A stretch of 64,000 bases of DNA from a virus, in the IMG/VR virus record IMGVR_UViG_3300028027_000001; one strand, written 5' to 3'. Positions within the stretch are counted from its first letter, which is position 1, and the number at the start of each line of letters is the position of its first letter. Positions 57,911 to 64,000 of the stretch are shown piece after piece. The position numbers and the translations under genes were made by a program. The notes beneath the pieces were generated by a model. The model worked only from the letters and a program-made list of their open reading frames with translations. It was not told the origin of the DNA and did not search any database.

Positions 57911-58075
57911 TTAAAATAAATTTAAAAACCCAGGATCAATTGGTTTATCCTTGAGTTTTTGGTTACGCTCATCGTCTTTTAATAACCGAGTTGCTAACTT
58001 TTCTAAGTGTTTTTCCTTTTGTTTGTCGTAATCTTTAATTATACGTTGGTGTTTCTTAGACGGTTTCATACTCAT
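57911..58075 (-). CDS. small basic hypothetical protein (54 aa)
   Basis: Manual translation MSMKPSKKHQRIIKDYDKQKEKHLEKLATRLLKDDERNQKLKDKPIDPGFLNLF. Confidence 0.6.
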   Translation of the reverse strand: MSMKPSKKHQRIIKDYDKQKEKHLEKLATRLLKDDERNQKLKDKPIDPGFLNLF

Positions 58076-58081
58076 AAATAT

Positions 58082-58738
58082 TTACTTTTTTCTTGAAACC
58101 AAAGAATAAGGATCATCATCTACACTGTCATTCCATCCACCCAATTCCTCCAATTTAGATAAATGGTATTCGTCTAATTCAAAATGAACTAAATCAGAAT
58201 GGAATTGACCTTGTCTACCTGTTTCAATCCACTGGATGTCACTTTTAGTGAATGTATTACCAATATATAGGAAATAACAATTGTAGCATAGTAATTGAAC
58301 GTTATTTAATCCCCAATGGGTTCTATTTCCATCTATAAAATTAAGTAGTAATGGTGGTTTGTTATCAATTGTTCTACGTTGTGAAAAACCACACGCATAA
58401 CATTCCTCCTTCATATAACCAGATTCAATCATACTTGCTCTGATTTTATCTGGGTGGAAACTAGCTGCTGATACTTCTCCGTTTATTATTTTAAGTATAT
58501 GGGGTAATGTTTTTGCATTTGGGTGAGGGCTAGATAAAAATTTCTTAATACCTTTACCACATTGGTTTTTATGCACGTCAAATAATGATTGTCCTGTGGC
58601 TTCATCGGTATAAGCCTTCATGTATCTTTTAACATGTTGGTAGGAACAATTCAAGTATCTTGAAGCGGCTCTAACTGACTTTGTCTGTGACATGGCCGCT
58701 AAAATCATTTCTTTAGTTAAATGTAAAGCTCTTGGCAT
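58082..58738 (-). CDS. HTH plus degenerate HNH zinc-finger protein
   Basis: SVRAASRYLNCSY..VKRY helix-turn-helix; CYACG...LNFIDGN...NNVQLLCYNC. Confidence 0.7.
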   Translation of the reverse strand: MPRALHLTKEMILAAMSQTKSVRAASRYLNCSYQHVKRYMKAYTDEATGQSLFDVHKNQCGKGIKKFLSSPHPNAKTLPHILKIINGEVSAASFHPDKIRASMIESGYMKEECYACGFSQRRTIDNKPPLLLNFIDGNRTHWGLNNVQLLCYNCYFLYIGNTFTKSDIQWIETGRQGQFHSDLVHFELDEYHLSKLEELGGWNDSVDDDPYSLVSRKK

Positions 58739-58761
58739 ATTTTATTTTTTATTGAATATAC

Positions 58762-58787
58762 AAAAAAAGCTTGGTAAAACCAAGCTT
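58762..58787 (-). terminator. intrinsic terminator
   Basis: AAGCTTGGT-ttt-ACCAAGCTT-TTTTT. Confidence 0.75.
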
Positions 58788-59043
58788 ATTCTTCTTCTTC
58801 TGATAATTTAGGATTTACAATATCGAGATGTTTCTTACTAATCGTTTCATATTTCTCGTATTGTTCGGGTTCCATAAATACTACATCGGTCCATGTGTGG
58901 TCCTTGTTTCCAAACATGGTAGTTACACCACGTTTAGCCCCCGTAGTAGAACAATCTACACAGGTTTTAGTTCCTGGGAGGGCTTTAATGCGGAGTGGGT
59001 TTATTGGTTCTTTGCAATGGATGCAAGGTATAGATTCATTCAT
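58786..59043 (-). CDS. DksA/TraR-type C4 zinc-finger protein
   Basis: CIHCKEPINPLRIKALPGTKTCVDC. Confidence 0.85.
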   Translation of the reverse strand: MNESIPCIHCKEPINPLRIKALPGTKTCVDCSTTGAKRGVTTMFGNKDHTWTDVVFMEPEQYEKYETISKKHLDIVNPKLSEEEE

Positions 59044-59416
59044 ATTGTTTGATAAATTTGTATAATTGTTTTGGGGTTTTGATTATATGTTCGACATCGT
59101 TTTCATCTACTATACTACATTCTTCCCCATCTTCTGCTGTTCTTTCGAATACATACCATAAGATAACGGAGGATGGTATTTCTCCATATGTTTTAGCAAG
59201 TAAATTTTCAATTATCACCATATATCCCATATCGTATGCAAACAAGTTAATACCTAATTCTTCAGCTAATATGGATCTTTCACTAGCATCACATAACGCT
59301 TCAATTAAACTTAGGAAATACGCTTCATCTTGTTTTTTAGGTGATAATGTTTTTTCTTTTATTTCAACACCTTTCCCAATTAACTCAGATAGATGTTTCG
59401 TCTGTCTCTTCTCCAT
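59036..59416 (-). CDS. hypothetical protein
   Basis: Coupled ORF. Confidence 0.7.
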   Translation of the reverse strand: MEKRQTKHLSELIGKGVEIKEKTLSPKKQDEAYFLSLIEALCDASERSILAEELGINLFAYDMGYMVIIENLLAKTYGEIPSSVILWYVFERTAEDGEECSIVDENDVEHIIKTPKQLYKFIKQYE

Positions 59417-59570
59417 ATGCTTTTACGTTAAATATAGATATGAATTCATCTACTGTTAATTTTTTAATCTCAGCAAATATTTGAGCAGCTTCATAAGCAT
59501 TATTTGCTTTTACTTTGTGTATAGGCTCTGAATTTGAATCATAAGCACTAAAATAAACATAAGTTTCCAT
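59385..59570 (-). CDS. hypothetical protein
   Basis: A...FA..K.L....F..IF.V motif. Confidence 0.65.
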   Translation of the reverse strand: METYVYFSAYDSNSEPIHKVKANNAYEAAQIFAEIKKLTVDEFISIFNVKAYGEETDETSI

Positions 59571-59571
59571 T

Positions 59572-60744
59572 TTATAAGTTTATTAATGTGTGAGATAAAT
59601 CTTCTAAATGTTGGATATGGACCTTAAATATATCTGCTTCAAAATCTCCAGTAAATCCAGGACCATCTTTAATGATTTGTGGGAAGTTATGCAATATATG
59701 GATACTATCAGTAGTCAATTGTTTAGCATCAAATTCAATTACAATGTCATTTTCACTAATAGGATCATTATGGCCAATACACATTACTCTTTTAGATAAA
59801 TCGTATGTTGTATTATGCTGTTCCTGGTCAAGATAATGCGAATATAACACTTGCATTTCGTCCTCAATATAAATCCTGTCACACCACGGTTCAAACGCTT
59901 CTAACAACGCTAAATTACAGTTTTTAACAACATATGCAATGTTGTATACTGGTGGAATGATTGGGTACTGGAATTCATCATTTTTAATCCATGATTTCCA
60001 TTTGCGCAAATAGTTACGTTGTGCTCGTTTAGATACTATTTTAAAATAATCATCATCCGTTCCCACTTTATCATTCCATCTGTGCCCACGACATGTTAAA
60101 TGATAGACAAAAGCATCTCTAGATTGAATTAATTCATACCCAGCTAGTATCCAACGTTGAAATATATCTGAGTCTTCATAAGGGAATGGAGCAAATAATG
60201 GGTCATGTCCTCCTATTGCTTGGAAATCTTTTTTATAGATAATCCAAGGTGCGAACATGCCTTTTGTTGTTTGATCTTTAAATTCAATTTGTGCGTCGGC
60301 AACAAATGTTTCAAAAGCATCTATATCTAATGTGTCAAAATCCATTCCAAAATCACGAATGATTTTTTCTTTACCTTCAGGATGTAATGGTGGTTCGATT
60401 CTAGTACCACAAACAACAGTTCCAGGTTTGATATGTTTAACTAGGTTTTCAATATAATTAGGTCCTAGGATCATATCGGCATGGATAATACCTACAATTT
60501 CATTAGTAGCTAACTCAATCCCTTTATCATATAAAATAGTATGACCTACTCGTTCTTCACTCCTAATAATTCTTGTTTTATTATTAGGTAATGTTTCTAC
60601 TGTTTGCATCCATTCCCAAGTTCCATCAGTTGAACCATCATCTAATAAGATGATTTCAGCTTCTGGAGCATGTTTTAAGATAGAGGCATATGCATTTTGG
60701 ATATGCTGGAGGTTGTTGTACGATGGTAATATTAAACTAATCAT
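59572..60744 (-). CDS. GT2 family glycosyltransferase (start revised to MISLILPSYNN)
   Basis: ISLILPSYN, DDGSTDGT, HADM, GGHD..F....EDSD. Confidence 0.9.
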   Translation of the reverse strand: MISLILPSYNNLQHIQNAYASILKHAPEAEIILLDDGSTDGTWEWMQTVETLPNNKTRIIRSEERVGHTILYDKGIELATNEIVGIIHADMILGPNYIENLVKHIKPGTVVCGTRIEPPLHPEGKEKIIRDFGMDFDTLDIDAFETFVADAQIEFKDQTTKGMFAPWIIYKKDFQAIGGHDPLFAPFPYEDSDIFQRWILAGYELIQSRDAFVYHLTCRGHRWNDKVGTDDDYFKIVSKRAQRNYLRKWKSWIKNDEFQYPIIPPVYNIAYVVKNCNLALLEAFEPWCDRIYIEDEMQVLYSHYLDQEQHNTTYDLSKRVMCIGHNDPISENDIVIEFDAKQLTTDSIHILHNFPQIIKDGPGFTGDFEADIFKVHIQHLEDLSHTLINL

Positions 60745-61430
60745 ATTTTCTGTATTGTTAGTCCCCATATAACGTTAGGGGTGTTTATATCATAATATGG
60801 GTAATATTTTGGGTTATTAATTTCTGGTGAGGTTTCATCCCAATTTACATAATCTTGGGATATATAAAATTTCTCATTAGAAATATAATATCCATTCCTT
60901 TCTAATTCCTTTTTAATTAGGTTTTGTCTTCTATAATCATAGTACCTTAAAAATGGCTCACCCGTTTCTTCATAATTCATATACGGGCCTGCAGGTAATG
61001 TGATTATTAATTTTGAGTTTTTATCCTTTAATAGTTTACATGACTTATTGATTCCCGCTAAATCATGATTCCATCTACAGGTATCATCTTCTGCTAAACC
61101 ATTTGCCATACGATCTCCAGCAAACCAAAAACCAAAATGTTCAAATACTGAAATTGATATTATATAATCGTATTGGTTATTTTCATCAAATTCAATAAAA
61201 TCACCTTGGATATGTGACCATTGAGTATTTTCTCTTAACCAACATCCAGGATTTGATGGTCTGATGTCGGTTGTGGTTACATTTTTAAAACCCAATTCAT
61301 GAATTGACTCTGATACTCCTTCTACTCCTCCCTCACATTCCCCAATAATTAAAACCGATTTGGTATTATCAGTTAATTGATCAGTAAAATAAGGTACTTC
61401 TACTAATTTGGTTCCTCTTAAATTAATCAT
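60741..61430 (-). CDS. class I SAM-dependent methyltransferase-like protein (DUF268-like)
   Basis: VE.PY, SVLIIG, TTTDIR, YDYIISISVFEHFG, LIITLP.G. Confidence 0.65.
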   Translation of the reverse strand: MINLRGTKLVEVPYFTDQLTDNTKSVLIIGECEGGVEGVSESIHELGFKNVTTTDIRPSNPGCWLRENTQWSHIQGDFIEFDENNQYDYIISISVFEHFGFWFAGDRMANGLAEDDTCRWNHDLAGINKSCKLLKDKNSKLIITLPAGPYMNYEETGEPFLRYYDYRRQNLIKKELERNGYYISNEKFYISQDYVNWDETSPEINNPKYYPYYDINTPNVIWGLTIQKI

Positions 61431-61455
61431 GTGTTATTTTTTGGTTTATTATATC

Positions 61456-62265
61456 TTAATATTTTAAAGGGGCACCATAATATGGAGCATCCCAATTTGA
61501 TTGCATAACTATACCCAAATATTGTTCTGAAATTTGTTGTTCTGTTATTTCTAAATGTTTGTATTCATCATATTGTTGTCCATAGTGGAATACTTTAAAC
61601 ATCGGTTCTATGGGCCATATTTTGAAGTTATTTCTGTATAATAACCACTCCCCATACCATGTAAATTCACTCGGGCAGAATCCAATTAGATCAGCAAATG
61701 TTAAATTATTTGGCTTACAGTATTCTTCTTCTAATGTTTCCCAAACATTACAATTCCATATGGATGGGGTCGGACCAAAATCATACACTCTTCCAGGACG
61801 AGAAAATAAACTTTGGATCTTTTTTCTATCGTCTTTGAATGATATCCTACAATCAAATGGTAAATTATTAAATTTACTAGTTGCTACCCAAGTATGAAGT
61901 TCTTTTTGTTCATGCATACATGTATAAGGGGTATTTACATCAAACATAAAATCACTTATACTGAATGGTTTAATAAAATATGAATCTGAATCTATCAGTA
62001 CATAATTTTCACATATGTTTAGTTTCCAAAAACTGGATTTTACTATCTGTTGAGTTAGCCATCCTGGGCCTGAGACATTGTAAATAGTTTCATCAAATAC
62101 TAAATGGGCATTTTCAAAAATTGAAAATAAATCTTGATCTTCTCTTGGGATACTGATGTAAAAAGGTATATTATCAGTATTGTGTTGTTGGATTGAGTTA
62201 TATAATACTTTAACTCTTTCTAAGTCACCCCTATATGACTTGCAGTATAAAACTATTTTATGCAT
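61456..62265 (-). CDS. GT-A fold glycosyltransferase-like protein (DUF6492-like)
   Basis: KSY..D..R, GW..QQIVK, IDSD..FI, SEF.WYG. Confidence 0.7.
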   Translation of the reverse strand: MHKIVLYCKSYRGDLERVKVLYNSIQQHNTDNIPFYISIPREDQDLFSIFENAHLVFDETIYNVSGPGWLTQQIVKSSFWKLNICENYVLIDSDSYFIKPFSISDFMFDVNTPYTCMHEQKELHTWVATSKFNNLPFDCRISFKDDRKKIQSLFSRPGRVYDFGPTPSIWNCNVWETLEEEYCKPNNLTFADLIGFCPSEFTWYGEWLLYRNNFKIWPIEPMFKVFHYGQQYDEYKHLEITEQQISEQYLGIVMQSNWDAPYYGAPLKY

Positions 62266-63127
62266 TTTTTAATCCGTTAATCATTCCTACTTCGTTGAAT
62301 ATAGGAAAATTTCCCCACTTATCCAACCATTTTTGAATGTTCTTTTTTTCCGCTTCAACTTGCCTTGGATCACTTTTACCATCAAATAATTCTAAACGAT
62401 GTGAACCTCGAGCTCCAAAATGCCATACTAGTGAAGACCCAGTTAATAAAAACTTGAATCCCTTTTGTAACATCCTTAAAAACAAATCCATATCTTCCCA
62501 GCTAGCTGGGGCGAATATAGGATCATTCCCTCCTATTTCATCCCAATCACGCTTACGGATTAATCCCGATACACCTTCTCCTTTAGGTATTTCATAGGTT
62601 TTATTAGCCCACATAAATTCCATAGCATAATCTTCAAATTCTCTAGCATTAAAATCATGATAATACGCACCAAAAATTTCTTTATCTACGATATATGTTC
62701 CAGGCCTTGAGGAAGGATTATTAAACATATTGGGTTCCATTCTGTGAGATGACACCCACAATTTTTCATCAGGATACTTTTCCAGAGTATCTAGTAATGC
62801 TTTATCCCACCATTTACCAACGTAAAAGTCTGAGTGTAAAAACATGATATATTCGGTTTCAACGCGATCCGCACAAAAATTCATTCCACCACCTATACCA
62901 ACCGGTACTTCGTTTTTATCAATGAAATATGTTAAATTGTATTGCTTAGCATTTTGTTCTAACCACTCATCTGTCCCATCGGTACAATTTTCGGCATGGA
63001 TTATGAATGGAGCGTCTGTGAAAAAGCTGTTTTTCCTAACGGAATGAACAGCTAATTTAAGATAATCCAAATTATTATAAGTGGAAATGCAAAATGTAAG
63101 ATAATGATCTTTATTAAATACCTGCAT
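62258..63127 (-). CDS. GT2 family glycosyltransferase
   Basis: ISTYNN, CTDGT, FLHSD, IGGND..F...WEDMDL..R, WHF. Confidence 0.9.
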   Translation of the reverse strand: MQVFNKDHYLTFCISTYNNLDYLKLAVHSVRKNSFFTDAPFIIHAENCTDGTDEWLEQNAKQYNLTYFIDKNEVPVGIGGGMNFCADRVETEYIMFLHSDFYVGKWWDKALLDTLEKYPDEKLWVSSHRMEPNMFNNPSSRPGTYIVDKEIFGAYYHDFNAREFEDYAMEFMWANKTYEIPKGEGVSGLIRKRDWDEIGGNDPIFAPASWEDMDLFLRMLQKGFKFLLTGSSLVWHFGARGSHRLELFDGKSDPRQVEAEKKNIQKWLDKWGNFPIFNEVGMINGLKNA

Positions 63128-63752
63128 ATAGATTATTTTGAAGGATCTGACGTTTTAATGTTTTTGGATGGTACAAACTCCATTCTTCCTCAAATGGTAA
63201 TCGGGATAATGTTTGGTAACCTTTTACTGTTTCGTGTACTTTACCTTCCCATCTAATATTTGGGTCGCGTCTGAAAATACGAAGTTGTGGGTCAAAAGCA
63301 TTAATCCAACCTTTTTCATTCATTGTCCATCCCATTTGATTAACATATATGTCTATCTCATTTGCATCACCTGATAGAGTGTTGATTCGAGGGACCCAAT
63401 ATGCGTCAATAGATGGATTTAATTCCAAGACAGCTGGTAGAGACTTAATTAAGTTCTCGTGTGGTAATTCATCTGCGTCTAAATTACAGATAAAATCTTT
63501 ATTACACATATCAATGAGTTTATTTTTCCATGATGCGAAATCACGGTCAAAGTGGCCTTTACCCCACATAAATTCATTGTTAATTGAATGGGTACGGAGA
63601 AAATTCTCCACCTCGGGATCACCATTTGCTTCATCATATAAAATGACAATGTTATCTTGTGGTCGCTTGTGCTGAAGCAAAAAGTGCACTAAACGTTGAA
63701 TCTCAAGGAATTCATTACACACAGTAACCGAGTATGAAATTGATGGACTCAT
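63114..63752 (-). CDS. GT2 family glycosyltransferase
   Basis: VCNE, DFA..KN, LDADE, PRIN, D.Q.RI......W.GKVHE. Confidence 0.9.
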   Translation of the reverse strand: MSPSISYSVTVCNEFLEIQRLVHFLLQHKRPQDNIVILYDEANGDPEVENFLRTHSINNEFMWGKGHFDRDFASWKNKLIDMCNKDFICNLDADELPHENLIKSLPAVLELNPSIDAYWVPRINTLSGDANEIDIYVNQMGWTMNEKGWINAFDPQLRIFRRDPNIRWEGKVHETVKGYQTLSRLPFEEEWSLYHPKTLKRQILQNNLYAGI

Positions 63753-63809
63753 ATTTTTTATTTTATGTAAATATATGAAAAAAGCCTGGTTTAACCAAGC
63801 TTTCTTATT

Positions 63810-64000
63810 TTATTTAGGTAATACTCCTAGTTCCTCAAGTGCACCAATATAGTCGCGCTCTGGGAAGTATTTGATGTTTGCCATATCTGGTCTATGAGTC
63901 ATGTACTTTCCTTTTTGTCCTGGGATTGGGTGGTTTTTTTGTTCAGCTTCAGGTATTTCTACTTGTTTTACTACAGCCCATCCCCAATTATCTACAGATG
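63810..64000 (-). CDS. hypothetical protein, 5'-truncated
   Basis: Manual translation ...NWGWAVVKQVEIPEAEQKNHPIPGQKGKYMTHRPDMANIKYFPERDYIGALEELGVLPK*. Confidence 0.7.
   Translation of the reverse strand, partial: SVDNWGWAVVKQVEIPEAEQKNHPIPGQKGKYMTHRPDMANIKYFPERDYIGALEELGVLPK

Noticed and set aside
217-63675. Plus-strand ORFs in the track (e.g. 874-1122, 9126-9434, 12722-13159, 15365-15850, 59049-59459)
   Set aside because: They are antisense shadows of well-supported minus-strand genes, with low-complexity translations and no promoter or leader motifs.
1-64000. Stop-codon reassignment
   Set aside because: Long genes are intact under code 11 and TAA, TAG and TGA all serve as stops; the one early TGA (56351) is explained by a frameshift.

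Overview
This is an AT-rich, gene-dense fragment of a large contractile-tailed (myovirus/jumbo-like) phage, with essentially all genes on the minus strand. A Bacteroidota host is inferred from a phage-encoded SprB-repeat protein with a type IX secretion C-terminal domain, an Hc1-like histone protein, the promoter shape and the lack of Shine-Dalgarno sites. Layout: 0-7.4 kb, probable head-internal proteins and enzymes, an exonuclease and a primase; 7.4-24 kb, tail fibre and baseplate module; 24-28 kb, sigma-like factor, HD hydrolase and T5orf172 nuclease; 28.2-29 kb and 33.8-34.1 kb, two G-skewed non-coding loci (origin or terminus candidates); 29-58 kb, small early genes built as cassettes on about 40 copies of one promoter (AGGAC-spacer-TTCGTATATT); 58-64 kb, regulators and a glycosyltransferase cluster. 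The most unusual signal is non-coding. Six tRNA-like elements (33.1-33.3 kb and 49.8-50.6 kb) keep the acceptor stem, D-loop GG, T-arm and A73, but the anticodon arm is expanded, replaced or missing. They alternate with other structured RNA units, next to a duplicated kissing-loop RNA motif and a roughly 670-nt structured region. All calls come from reading motifs and base-pairing by eye; no searches were run.
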